Source: a virus
Taxonomy: Duplodnaviria > Heunggongvirae > Uroviricota > Caudoviricetes
DNA length: 30,042 nucleotides
Direction: 5' to 3' (one strand)
IMG/VR virus record: IMGVR_UViG_2711768048_000007
Within the stretch, counting starts at the first letter, position 1. The number at the start of each line of letters is the position of its first letter. Both the position numbers and the translations under genes were made by a program. This document shows, piece after piece, positions 18,239-26,833 of this stretch. The notes under the pieces are model-generated. The model saw only the letters and a list, made by a program, of their open reading frames with translations. It was not told the origin of the DNA and did no database searches.

Positions 18239-18271
18239 CTGTATACATAAACACTGTTTATATTTACAGTA
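18239..18271 (-). promoter_or_regulatory. LexA (SOS) operator(s) overlapping a promoter
   Basis: aCTGTttatatttACAGta at 18253..18271 is a perfect CTGT-N8-ACAG box. An overlapping imperfect box CTGTatacataaACAC lies at 18239..18254. Both are 30-60 bp upstream of the 18210 start codon. Confidence 0.7.
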
Positions 18272-18363
18272 TATAATAATCCTACTGATGTAAAACGTTT
18301 TTTTACGTTCATCAGCCTGATATGCCTGGTATTATTAAGAGCACGAATTGTTAACCCGCGTAA

Positions 18364-20778
18364 TTAATACAGGTTCCGCCACTTATCATCTTCCTGCAAA
18401 CGCTGGTTCCGATAGAAGATACGCAGGCCTGCTCCTGACGGAATACTGCCACCGCGAAGGAGCAAATCGACCTCTTTCTCGCTGCCATCAAATCCTCTGG
18501 ACTTCAGTTCATAGACGAGCTGCTGACGCTGATGCTCTGTAATTCGCTGTTTGTAGTCTTTACGCCGTTTCGGTTTAACCAGGCGTAATCTTGCTGCCAG
18601 TTCCCGGCGCTCTTTTTTGCTCATATTGTGCAGGTAATCGTGCAATTCCTTGTCATCCATGCAGGTAATATCAGTTCTGGTATCCCCATCTGCTGATTTA
18701 TCTTTCTCCTGTTGGTTCAAATTTTCAGCAAGGGGACAGTTATTGCCACGAGTCCAAGGGGCGCAAGCGCCCTGGTCGGCTGCCGCCTCCTGAACGTCAA
18801 CGGCCTTACGAACCATTTTCCACTTCACTGCATGAGTGCAGATCTTGCCCTCTGCAATGGGTGACCAGATGCCATAAATACGAATGCCGTGATCGCCATA
18901 GGCGGTCGGCTCTTCGTTGATTTCATAAGCGGTTCTGATCAGGTGATATTTGCGGGGAACCAGTACGCCGCCCTGCTTCATGATGTAGGTGGCAAAACAA
19001 CCAGCATCAGCAGCAGCCAGGATTGCATCAAGGCGCGGGTTATCCAGTACCGGCGCACCTGCTTTTTTGTCCCCCTGTTGCCTTGCCGCCTGACCAGCCA
19101 GCAATCGCAGTTCACGGTAAGCCTGACGCCCCGGAATGCCAAAGAAGCGGAATTGCTGAACACGATGCAAAGACGCCCAGGCATTAACGTATTCAGCATT
19201 ATCACGCAGGGATTTCCCCGTTTCCTTGCTGATCTCGCCAGCCAGACCACGCCCGTCAATGTTCTTACTGATGTATTTCGCGATGTAGCTTGTTGGCGTA
19301 CCTTTGCGCGGGTTAATCAACTCAGACTTAAAGCGCGGCCCAGTGTTATTGCCCAGCTCCTCGCGGTCTTCACGGATGGCAAACTTACGCAGTAATGCAG
19401 TGATGGCGCGGCGGTCTTTTTTGCGCATAAAACACAACAGGTGCCAGTGAACTGTACCGTCATGATGCGGCTCAGCCACCCGCACGCCATACCAGCGCAA
19501 TCCGGCTTTGTGCATCGCCTTACGAAATGCAGCAAACATGCCGACCAGATAATCACTACTTTGTCTTACCGTCGCATTTGTCCAGGTTGGGTTGGGCCTG
19601 CCGTTATTTAGCGTGGAATGGAAACGTGACGGACAGGTGATGGTGTAGAAAACGGCGCAGTCACCGCGCATTTCCGCGATAAGCTCCAGACCTTTAACAC
19701 AGGCCATCATCTCATTGCGGCGATGCGCAGGGTTGCTGCTGCTGGCGTTTACCACATCCTCCATGTCCAGCGTGTCGCCGTCTTCGTTCACCAGTTCATG
19801 AGAACGGAAAAACTCCAGCGACTTACGGCGCTGCTCACGTTTATGCATCACGGCTTCATAGCTGACATAAGGAGATGCTTTTTTGCTAACCAGGCAGACA
19901 GCGCGCAACTGCTCTTCCCGCCATTCGCAACGCATCTTCCATAATTTCCGATACCACCAGTCGGCGCACAACATACGCGCCAGCGAACCCGGAATGAGTT
20001 CATAGGGCACGGGTTTACGGCGGTTTCTTTTCCGACGGAGTTGCTCAAACGCAGGCGGGATAACATCCAGACGCAGGGTTTCCGCTGCCACCTTTTCCCA
20101 TGTCTTGCGGATTTCTTCTGGCTTAACGTCATCGGTGGCATACAAATCACCACAAGCTGCATCAAGGCACATGCTCATATGCGCAGCGACAAGGGTAGAC
20201 AGGCGCTTCACCTGATCCTGACTCATTTCAGGCAGGATCAGCAGGCCGTCCAGCCCTTCATGGCTTGCCATAAAGCGAAAAGAAGCGGATAGCTGACTGT
20301 CGCGTACATGCTCCAGTCGTTCCAGACATGGCTTAATCGTCTCACGCAAATAGCGGGAATAAGCCTTTGGCCTGCCCAGGCTGCTGAAGTATTCAATACG
20401 TTGCATCAGCGGATTGCTGATATGGGAAGGCTGGGCGTTAACGTCCGCCAGTATGACCATGTCCGGATTAAAGCGCTGCTGCTCATGCGCCAGCTTTGCC
20501 CGGCTAATGAGCTTATCCTGCTCCATTTCGCGTTGGACAGGATCACGGGATTCATTAAAGAAATAACGCTCCCAGACCTGATCACTCAGTGCCTCGCGGC
20601 GCAGTTGTTCCTGCTCGTTATCGGCAGCGTACAGAGTGATCAGGTTTGAAAGCGCAGAAACCGGCGCAACTTCCGCCGGGTCCAGATAAGGGTTAATCGC
20701 CTTTTTCGGGCTGTTCCATGAGAATGCTGCGGCGGCCTCGTTAAAGCCGCTGCAGTTGTTCATATCAGCATGGCTCAT
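18364..20778 (-). CDS. A: replication initiation protein A (rolling-circle endonuclease)
   Basis: 804 aa, the largest early gene, at the P2/186 gpA position; its ATG overlaps the dam stop. Confidence 0.85.
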   Translation of the reverse strand: MSHADMNNCSGFNEAAAAFSWNSPKKAINPYLDPAEVAPVSALSNLITLYAADNEQEQLRREALSDQVWERYFFNESRDPVQREMEQDKLISRAKLAHEQQRFNPDMVILADVNAQPSHISNPLMQRIEYFSSLGRPKAYSRYLRETIKPCLERLEHVRDSQLSASFRFMASHEGLDGLLILPEMSQDQVKRLSTLVAAHMSMCLDAACGDLYATDDVKPEEIRKTWEKVAAETLRLDVIPPAFEQLRRKRNRRKPVPYELIPGSLARMLCADWWYRKLWKMRCEWREEQLRAVCLVSKKASPYVSYEAVMHKREQRRKSLEFFRSHELVNEDGDTLDMEDVVNASSSNPAHRRNEMMACVKGLELIAEMRGDCAVFYTITCPSRFHSTLNNGRPNPTWTNATVRQSSDYLVGMFAAFRKAMHKAGLRWYGVRVAEPHHDGTVHWHLLCFMRKKDRRAITALLRKFAIREDREELGNNTGPRFKSELINPRKGTPTSYIAKYISKNIDGRGLAGEISKETGKSLRDNAEYVNAWASLHRVQQFRFFGIPGRQAYRELRLLAGQAARQQGDKKAGAPVLDNPRLDAILAAADAGCFATYIMKQGGVLVPRKYHLIRTAYEINEEPTAYGDHGIRIYGIWSPIAEGKICTHAVKWKMVRKAVDVQEAAADQGACAPWTRGNNCPLAENLNQQEKDKSADGDTRTDITCMDDKELHDYLHNMSKKERRELAARLRLVKPKRRKDYKQRITEHQRQQLVYELKSRGFDGSEKEVDLLLRGGSIPSGAGLRIFYRNQRLQEDDKWRNLY

Positions 20779-21632
20779 GCACGCACTCCGTACACGGCAG
20801 AACTATCCACGCCACGCGAAGGATCAATTCCCACCCAGCAGCGCGCCCCGGAAACAGCGATGATTTCTGTTGCAGATTTACTCTCACCAGCTGCTACGCC
20901 GATGCTGCGTTTTGCCTTGATGTAGTGGTGAGTAAAATTGCGATACAGCGAACGGATCAGGGATGTGTCACTGTTAGAAACAATGACCGGATGTCCTTCT
21001 GATGACCGATGTTCAAGAACGGATGCCAGGTGATACTGGTCATCTTCAGTGAAGCCGTCAGTGTGATAACCGGAAAACGTACCGTCATAAGGCGGATCGC
21101 AATACACCACATCCCCCACCTGCAGCATCGCCAGCGTTTCATCAAAGCTGGCGCAGATAAACGTTGCTCGCTGGGCTTTCTCTGCAAATGCGCGAATTTC
21201 TTTTTCAGGGAAATACGGATTTTTATAATTACCGTATGGAATGTTGAAATGCCCGCTCTTGTTATAACGACATAACCCACGGTAACCGTGACGATTGAGA
21301 TACAGGAAATATACCGCTTTCATGAAATCAGTAATTTCAGTTGAGTAATTAAACTCCTGCCTTATGTTGTAATAAGTCACCTCCCTGTTTGCGTCCTCAA
21401 ATAAAGCTCTGGCACGAGATATAAACGCCTCACAATCAGCAGCAACCTTTTTATAGAGGTTGATTAAATCAGGATTAATATCCGCAACAAGATAGCTGGG
21501 GTAATCCGTCTCCATCATCACTGCACAGGAACCCGCGAAAGGTTCAACCAGTCGCGGGCCAGCAGGAAGATGCTTTTTCAGTTCGGACATTATGGCGGTT
21601 TTATTTCCCGCCCATTTCAGGATGGTGCTCAT
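20775..21632 (-). CDS. dam: DNA adenine methyltransferase (Dam family)
   Basis: N-terminal [11 protein letters not shown] and a DPPY catalytic motif. GGAGGTG Shine-Dalgarno before the ATG at 21632; the longest ORF begins with TTG at 21692. Confidence 0.85.
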   Translation of the reverse strand: MSTILKWAGNKTAIMSELKKHLPAGPRLVEPFAGSCAVMMETDYPSYLVADINPDLINLYKKVAADCEAFISRARALFEDANREVTYYNIRQEFNYSTEITDFMKAVYFLYLNRHGYRGLCRYNKSGHFNIPYGNYKNPYFPEKEIRAFAEKAQRATFICASFDETLAMLQVGDVVYCDPPYDGTFSGYHTDGFTEDDQYHLASVLEHRSSEGHPVIVSNSDTSLIRSLYRNFTHHYIKAKRSIGVAAGESKSATEIIAVSGARCWVGIDPSRGVDSSAVYGVRA

Positions 21633-21856
21633 ACAGCACCTCCGTTGTAATGTTTGCCTTTCAGCTCTGCGATTTCCTGACAGGTAATGCAAAGCTGCAC
21701 ACCCGGTATGGCACGACGGCGTGCTGGCGGAATTGGCGCTTCACACTCAACGCAAAGCACGCGGGACACGCCCGGCGTTTTGGCACGGGCAGCACGGATA
21801 TGGCGCTGGCGTTCTTCTTCAACGCGCTGCTGTACGAGATCCATTGCATCAGCCAT
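21629..21856 (-). CDS. TraR/DksA-type C4 zinc-finger protein
   Basis: 75 aa with CVECEAPIP...CITCQ (Cx2C-N17-Cx2C); stop/start overlaps with both neighbouring genes. Confidence 0.7.
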   Translation of the reverse strand: MADAMDLVQQRVEEERQRHIRAARAKTPGVSRVLCVECEAPIPPARRRAIPGVQLCITCQEIAELKGKHYNGGAV

Positions 21857-22089
21857 TAGTGGATCTCCTGCGCTTCGTTCTGGATTGCTTCAGCAGTCAC
21901 ACGCAGCAGTTCTGCCGCTTCCACGTGGTTTAGCTGACGGGATGAGATATGACACGCCAGGCTATCAAGGCGAGCTGCCATTGCTTCAGCCCTTGCCCGG
22001 CGTTCTTCCAGACGAGCCTCTGTCAGTAAAATATTAAGCCCTGCGTCATCCGGTCCGGTTTTAGTCGTGAGGGTTTCAATATTACGCAT
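21856..22089 (-). CDS. hypothetical early protein
   Basis: About 77 aa from the ATG with an AGGAGA Shine-Dalgarno (MRNIETLTTK...); stop overlaps the downstream start. Confidence 0.5.
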   Translation of the reverse strand: MRNIETLTTKTGPDDAGLNILLTEARLEERRARAEAMAARLDSLACHISSRQLNHVEAAELLRVTAEAIQNEAQEIH

Positions 22090-22156
22090 AATCAATTCTC
22101 CTGAATTTAGATAAAGGGATGCCCGGCGGGTTTACGCCATTAATTTCATTAGTTGG

Positions 22157-22498
22157 TTAATTCGGCATGGTTAGCCGTCTGGGAAATAAGCTCACCACTG
22201 CACGAAAATGATTCATTGCTTTAATCAGCTCCCGCTTTTCGTCAGTGGTCAGCTCATTAATGCTGATGCTATGACGTTCAGCTGGAATTTTTGCCATAAA
22301 GAATATGGCAGCCAGTGCCCGTTTATTTTGTTCGCTATTAATATCGCGTGGATCACGCATATCTTTAATAAACCGCTCAAGCTCTGACTCAATATTCAGA
22401 CCAAAAACTTTTGCCCTTAACTCCGCAATGTGATTAAGTCCATTCAGGCGTTCACCGGGGCCTAATGGAACAGTCGCCGCAGCGCCATTAATTGCCAT
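22157..22498 (-). CDS. hypothetical early protein
   Basis: 113-aa ORF with an ATG start in the early operon between the cII side and A. Confidence 0.45.
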   Translation of the reverse strand: MAINGAAATVPLGPGERLNGLNHIAELRAKVFGLNIESELERFIKDMRDPRDINSEQNKRALAAIFFMAKIPAERHSISINELTTDEKRELIKAMNHFRAVVSLFPRRLTMPN

Positions 22499-22520
22499 AA
22501 TTCATATTCCCAAAACGCAA

Positions 22521-22745
22521 CTATCGTTCTTTGTTCTTACGGTAACGTTCAAGAGGAGATACATTTTTTCGTATCGTCTCTTTAACCTGCTCTCCCCGTA
22601 AAAACATCCCATCCCTTAGCGTGAAAAAGTAACTGCCATCGCCCGACAACGACGGATAACAACAGAGCAAATCATCTTCAGGTACTGAATAACTCTCCCC
22701 TCTGTAACGAAACTGATAAACCACTTCACTTTCCGCTGCATACAT
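22521..22745 (-). CDS. hypothetical early protein
   Basis: 74 aa; a GGAGAAAG Shine-Dalgarno precedes the ATG, and the upstream frame is closed by TGA ten codons before it. Confidence 0.45.
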   Translation of the reverse strand: MYAAESEVVYQFRYRGESYSVPEDDLLCCYPSLSGDGSYFFTLRDGMFLRGEQVKETIRKNVSPLERYRKNKER

Positions 22746-22912
22746 TTTGACTTTCTCCGTTTCCCCGTGGTCAATTCAGACAGCAATTCATCTTGTGAAC
22801 GGCACGGATGCCAGCGTTTACCATCCTCACCCATGATCCAGCCGTGACCGTAGTGCATTGCCGGACTTTGTTTTACCAGCAGCGATGCAAATGATGGTTC
22901 TTTCGTCAGCAT
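22616..22912 (-). CDS. hypothetical early protein immediately downstream of cII; 3' end doubtful
   Basis: AGGTG Shine-Dalgarno with an ATG 7 nt after the cII stop (MLTKEPSF...). The last about 40 codons overlap the next gene in another frame and look like low-complexity read-through. Confidence 0.35.
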   Translation of the reverse strand: MLTKEPSFASLLVKQSPAMHYGHGWIMGEDGKRWHPCRSQDELLSELTTGKRRKSKCMQRKVKWFISFVTEGRVIQYLKMICSVVIRRCRAMAVTFSR

Positions 22913-22919
22913 AAGCACC

Positions 22920-23429
22920 TCACAGCAATCCGAATGAAGCACCGAGGCCAGTTACGGTATCAACTGCACTTGCCATCGCAGGATTAGCCTGTAAACGGGC
23001 CTGCAATGAAACAGCAGCCAGCGCCATCAGTCGTGTAACAGAGTTAATGCTGCTGATCGCATCACGACGGCCTGCACTGGTTTTTACATCGCCAGAAACC
23101 GCACCAGCCGCGACACGCCCTATCTCTGCAGTTGCACTCATGACGTAATGCGGCAGTTTCTCTTTTGCCACCTCATTAATCGGAACACATGGCAGACAAT
23201 GAATCTGTGCCAGAAAACCATCTACCAGCGTTGAATCTTCAGTCAGATCGGTAAGTAGCCAGATATCTCGTGCAGTGAGCTGATGCGGTTGTTCCGGGTT
23301 CAGCTTGTTACGCAGCGTCTGGACGTTCATTCCCGCGAGTTCTGCTAGCTTCGCCATATTGTGACGTAGTGCAAAAGCTCTACAGGCTTCATCAAAATGC
23401 GGATGTTTGGAAATCTTGTAATCAAACAT
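22920..23429 (-). CDS. cII: CII-like lysogeny establishment regulator (phage 186 type)
   Basis: 169 aa. MFDYKISKHPHFDEACRAFALRHNMAKLAELAGMNVQTLRNKLNPEQPH...LAQIHCLPCVP closely resembles 186 CII as I recall it; HTH present. Confidence 0.85.
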   Translation of the reverse strand: MFDYKISKHPHFDEACRAFALRHNMAKLAELAGMNVQTLRNKLNPEQPHQLTARDIWLLTDLTEDSTLVDGFLAQIHCLPCVPINEVAKEKLPHYVMSATAEIGRVAAGAVSGDVKTSAGRRDAISSINSVTRLMALAAVSLQARLQANPAMASAVDTVTGLGASFGLL

Positions 23430-23461
23430 GGTGCTCCCTTAGAAAGTTCCCATAATTGAAA

Positions 23462-23704
23462 TTACTTACCAACAATGACGCGGAAGTTGGAATGACCGAG
23501 GGATTCACGGACCTGATCAGTTTTGTACATTAGATAACGCAGGCTTACGCGGCCTTTGTTTTTTTCTTTCTTGACCATGTACTTAGCGAGTTGACCATGG
23601 TGAATTTTTTGGTAAACAGACCCGCGGGAAATCCCTTCCCATTCAGCGAATTCAGCAGGCGTAGCCATCTCTTTTGGTACACGAATTGAAATATCTGTGC
23701 TCAT
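23462..23704 (-). CDS. apl: Apl/Cox-like excisionase and repressor
   Basis: 80-aa basic HTH protein, first gene of the lytic transcript and divergent from cI (the 186 Apl position). Confidence 0.7.
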   Translation of the reverse strand: MSTDISIRVPKEMATPAEFAEWEGISRGSVYQKIHHGQLAKYMVKKEKNKGRVSLRYLMYKTDQVRESLGHSNFRVIVGK

Positions 23705-23806
23705 AGTGCAGTATCTCTTGGTTTAAGCTCGTTTTATGATGTTTAACCCCAACTTCTAAACTCTCATATTAGAAGTTAAATACAAAAATACGATCTCGTT
23801 ATTGGA
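23705..23806. promoter_or_regulatory. cI/apl switch region with a candidate operator palindrome
   Basis: AT-rich divergent intergenic region; inverted repeat AACTTCTAA-N9-TTAGAAGTT at 23751..23777. Confidence 0.5.
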
Positions 23807-24457
23807 TTGTCAAATGGAGAGTTCATCTTGAAGATTAATACAGGTGCAAATACGGGAGGGAGAGAGACCATCAAAAGGCTGATGACAGCCTATGGTTTCA
23901 ACACTCAGATAGCGTTGGTTGAACACCTCGAAGCATCAAAAAGCACCATGGCAAACAGGATGTTACGTGATAGCTTCCCTGCTGACTGGGTTATTCAATG
24001 TGCCCTTGAAACAGGTATTTCTCTTCTTTGGCTGACAACGGGCCAAGGGGAAATGTATCCTCAAACAGAAGAAAAAAATAAGTTCAAAAACGAGAGTTCA
24101 CCTACAGTTCGCCCCCTTTCAAAGATAGTTATCCCATCAGTAAGGCAGGTAACCATTGAGAACGGAACTCTCGAAGAGATGGGGGATGTTTTCCTTGATC
24201 AGACTTTGATACCCGGAAAAGCCGAATATTGTTTGTACGTCAAAGCTAACGACGGCAATTACATTGTTGATACATCAACAAAACAGCTTAGTAACGGAAT
24301 TTGGCTCATAGACATCGACGGTATGAAAAACATCGTCAAAATTGCGCGCATACCTGGAAACAAAATAGTAGTTAACCAAGATGACACGTCATTTGAATGT
24401 TCTGTAGATGATGTGGAAGTCGTAGGACGTGCAGTCAAAGTAATCAAGAACCTCTAA
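23807..24457 (+). CDS. cI: CI-type immunity repressor (start uncertain)
   Basis: HTH region AYGFNTQIALVEHLEASKSTMANRM plus a C-terminal domain. The longest ORF starts with TTG at 23807; a TTG at 23828 has a GGAGAG Shine-Dalgarno and is a likely true start. Confidence 0.75.
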   Translation: MSNGEFILKINTGANTGGRETIKRLMTAYGFNTQIALVEHLEASKSTMANRMLRDSFPADWVIQCALETGISLLWLTTGQGEMYPQTEEKNKFKNESSPTVRPLSKIVIPSVRQVTIENGTLEEMGDVFLDQTLIPGKAEYCLYVKANDGNYIVDTSTKQLSNGIWLIDIDGMKNIVKIARIPGNKIVVNQDDTSFECSVDDVEVVGRAVKVIKNL

Positions 24458-24460
24458 CTT

Positions 24461-25477
24461 ATGACCATAAGAAAACAGCCGAACGGAAAATGGTTGTGTG
24501 AGTGCTATCCCAATGGACGCAATGGTAAGCGCGTGCGTAAGCAATTTGCTACCAAAGGCGAAGCCATTGCTTTTGAAAGCTTCACAATGGAAGAAGTGAA
24601 TAAAAAACCGTGGTTGGGTGAAAAGGATGATCGGCGACGCCTATCAGAATTAATTGAGCTTTGGTATTCCCTGTATGGTCAGACACTCGCAGACCCCAAG
24701 CGCCTCATGGCGAAACTTAGAATTATCTGTAATGGTCTAGGCGACCCCATCGCCTCAGAACTGACAGCCGGTGACTTTACGAAATACCGCGAAGCACGGT
24801 TAAAAGGTGACGTTCGTAACGAAGACGGCACACTAATGTCGCCAGTAAAACCACGCACGGTGAATCTTGAGCAACGTAACCTATCATCGGTTTTCGGCAC
24901 ATTGAAAAAACTAGGCCACTGGTCAGCACCAAATCCTCTCGCCGGGCTGCCAACATTTAAAATCGCTGAGGGGGAACTGGCGTTCCTGACCTCGGAAGAA
25001 ATTAAACGTCTGCTAGATGCCTGCGCTGATTCTCAAAACCCCAGTCTGCTTTTGATTGCAAAAATATGCCTGGCCACCGGCGCACGCTGGAGTGAAGCCG
25101 AAAACCTGCAGGGCCATCAGTTATCTAAATACCGCATCACTTATACCAAGACGAAGGGTAAGAAAAACCGCACCGTGCCGATATCTCAAGATCTGTATGA
25201 CGAACTCCCCAAGAACAGAGGGAAGCTATTCACCCCGTGCAGAAAAGCCTTTGAACGAGCAGTAAAGCGAGCTGGCATCGAGCTGCCAGAGGGCCAATGC
25301 ACTCACGTGCTACGTCATACATTCGCCAGCCATTTTATGATGAATGGCGGAAACATACTGGTTCTGCGCGATATTCTGGGCCATGCCGATATAAAAATGA
25401 CGATGATCTATTCTCATTTTTCACCAGAACACTTAGAAGATGCAGTAACTAAGAATCCTTTAAATTATATTGAGTGA
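24461..25477 (+). CDS. int: tyrosine integrase (P2 Int family)
   Basis: 338 aa; C-terminal catalytic region HVLRHTFASHFMMNGGNILVLRDILGHADIKMTMIYSHF with the catalytic Tyr. Lies next to attR. Confidence 0.9.
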   Translation: MTIRKQPNGKWLCECYPNGRNGKRVRKQFATKGEAIAFESFTMEEVNKKPWLGEKDDRRRLSELIELWYSLYGQTLADPKRLMAKLRIICNGLGDPIASELTAGDFTKYREARLKGDVRNEDGTLMSPVKPRTVNLEQRNLSSVFGTLKKLGHWSAPNPLAGLPTFKIAEGELAFLTSEEIKRLLDACADSQNPSLLLIAKICLATGARWSEAENLQGHQLSKYRITYTKTKGKKNRTVPISQDLYDELPKNRGKLFTPCRKAFERAVKRAGIELPEGQCTHVLRHTFASHFMMNGGNILVLRDILGHADIKMTMIYSHFSPEHLEDAVTKNPLNYIE

Positions 25478-25482
25478 AAATC

Positions 25483-26544
25483 ATGTTAAGTGATACTTGT
25501 TATACAGTGATTTATATTGCAGCAATCGTTTTATTAGTATTTATTACAATAGTAAAAAAATGGTACATGCTTGATAAAAGAAATTTATTTCGTCAGAAAT
25601 TATTTTGGATTTCAGTTTTAACACCTTTATTTTCCTTTATCTATTTTGGTTTTTTCACATGGTGGGGAAAAGAACCAGTACTCTCCGCACATGGCTATTC
25701 AAGATTTTACGAAATAAGCAAATTCCCTCTACTATTGCTAGCTAGTGCAGTTCCTTTGGCTTCGATCGTCAACAATATACATCGCACTATACAAACCGAA
25801 GCTCAGATCAACACCGCTGAAACGAAAAATGCAGTCGATAGATATTTAGCACATGAGAAAAACTTTATTGAGAAAACAAAGGAAATATTCGCCTACAATC
25901 TTCAAAGCGCGAGAGACTCAGATGGAAACCTCATTAAATTCAATGGCGAACCAAATATCACTTTGTTTACAGCAGATGAAATTAAAATTTCCAACCCATA
26001 TCTTTTATATACAAAAATATACAACAAATCAACTATAGAGACCACATCTAACTTCACCGCAAACCCTGATTTTTTAGTGCAATTAAAGGAGTACTTAAAC
26101 ACAATTAATAATACTCTGTCGGTTCAACACTCTATAGATGAATATAATCCATTAAGTTACATGATTCGACTTAACACTTTGTCATATAATACAGCCTCGT
26201 TATTAGACCTGATATGTACATCCCCCATATCTCATGTATACTGTTTGATAAAATATGATGGGTATCAATTAAAAACATTTACACTTGAAGAACAAGTATT
26301 CGCCGATATTTTAGAAATATCATATCTTCTATCAAGAAAACTAATTCGTTTGATATATAATGAAGATATACCACATTACGACAACATTTATAATTACTTA
26401 TATGTTGGTAAGTTGAGGTTTAAATTCAGAAAACACGCCAATTCTTTACAAGCATTTTCTTCGCAGGAATGGGCTGATTACGTTTCTGAAGCACTAACTC
26501 TAGTTCCTAACGAAGTTGGCGGCACTTTGGCGGCAGCGCATTAA
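25483..26544 (+). CDS. hypothetical polytopic membrane protein, very AT-rich cargo
   Basis: Three predicted helices (YTVIYIAAIVLLVFITIV, WISVLTPLFSFIYFGFFTWW, LLLLASAVPLASIVNNI) then an Asn/Tyr/Ile-rich domain of about 250 aa. GC content estimated by eye at about 30 percent, against roughly 50 percent for the backbone. Overlaps the int stop; a GTG at 25474 is an alternative start. Confidence 0.65.
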   Translation: MLSDTCYTVIYIAAIVLLVFITIVKKWYMLDKRNLFRQKLFWISVLTPLFSFIYFGFFTWWGKEPVLSAHGYSRFYEISKFPLLLLASAVPLASIVNNIHRTIQTEAQINTAETKNAVDRYLAHEKNFIEKTKEIFAYNLQSARDSDGNLIKFNGEPNITLFTADEIKISNPYLLYTKIYNKSTIETTSNFTANPDFLVQLKEYLNTINNTLSVQHSIDEYNPLSYMIRLNTLSYNTASLLDLICTSPISHVYCLIKYDGYQLKTFTLEEQVFADILEISYLLSRKLIRLIYNEDIPHYDNIYNYLYVGKLRFKFRKHANSLQAFSSQEWADYVSEALTLVPNEVGGTLAAAH

Positions 26545-26629
26545 AAATTAGTAAAATGGACAAACACTACATAACAATAACGCACTGTTTTTAAATGCAA
26601 ACTACTGTTTTTGCTATAGTAAAAATGGT

Positions 26630-26667
26630 ATGTAGGAATTTCGGACGCGGGTTCAACTCCCGCCAGC
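26630..26667. repeat. attR core: duplicated 3' fragment of ssrA
   Basis: Identical 38 bp to 358..395, followed by CCACCA; this is a displaced partial ssrA 3' end, not a gene. Confidence 0.85.
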
Positions 26668-26800
26668 CCACCAATCATGATTGGACGGTGTAAGGACAAC
26701 ACCAACAAAAACAGGAAGTTAGAAGTCTCAGCAAAACACCGACCAGACGGTGAGGAGACATAAAAGGATACGCAAAGGAGCCGCGGCTCCTGGTAACATG

Positions 26801-26825
26801 AAAGCCCACAGATGTGGGCTTTTTC
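26801..26825 (+). terminator. rho-independent terminator hairpin in the chromosomal flank
   Basis: GCCCACA-GAT-GTGGGC followed by TTTTT. The stem is palindromic and also lies just 3' of the minus-strand autotransporter gene, so it may act in both directions. Confidence 0.5.
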
Positions 26826-26833
26826 GTTGATGG

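Larger units (their letters stand above)
396..26667. mobile_element. P2/186-family prophage integrated in ssrA, apparently defective (no lysis or baseplate module)
   Basis: Bounded by the 38-bp direct repeats. Gene content and order follow P2 (ogr-D-U-T-E-FII-FI ... L-M-N-O / P-Q - cos - early region - cI - int) with a 186-type cII/apl/cI switch. Confidence 0.85.

Noticed and set aside
18889-20649. ORFs antisense to or within replication gene A (18889..19395, 18978..19259, 19317..19556, 19848..20165, 20308..20649)
   Set aside because: Embedded in the 804-aa A gene with no independent signals.
24679-26102. Small ORFs inside int and the AT-rich cargo gene (24679..24900, 25056..25265, 25853..26038, 25902..26102)
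   Set aside because: Internal or antisense to longer, better-supported ORFs.
26545-26629. Direct repeats ACTGTTTTT (twice) next to attR, considered as integrase arm-binding sites
   Set aside because: Plausible, but two short AT-rich repeats in an AT-rich spacer could occur by chance; not enough evidence to annotate.
26630-26673. Possible second tmRNA or tRNA gene
   Set aside because: Only the last about 44 nt of the ssrA acceptor/T-arm are present; this is the attR duplication, not a gene.
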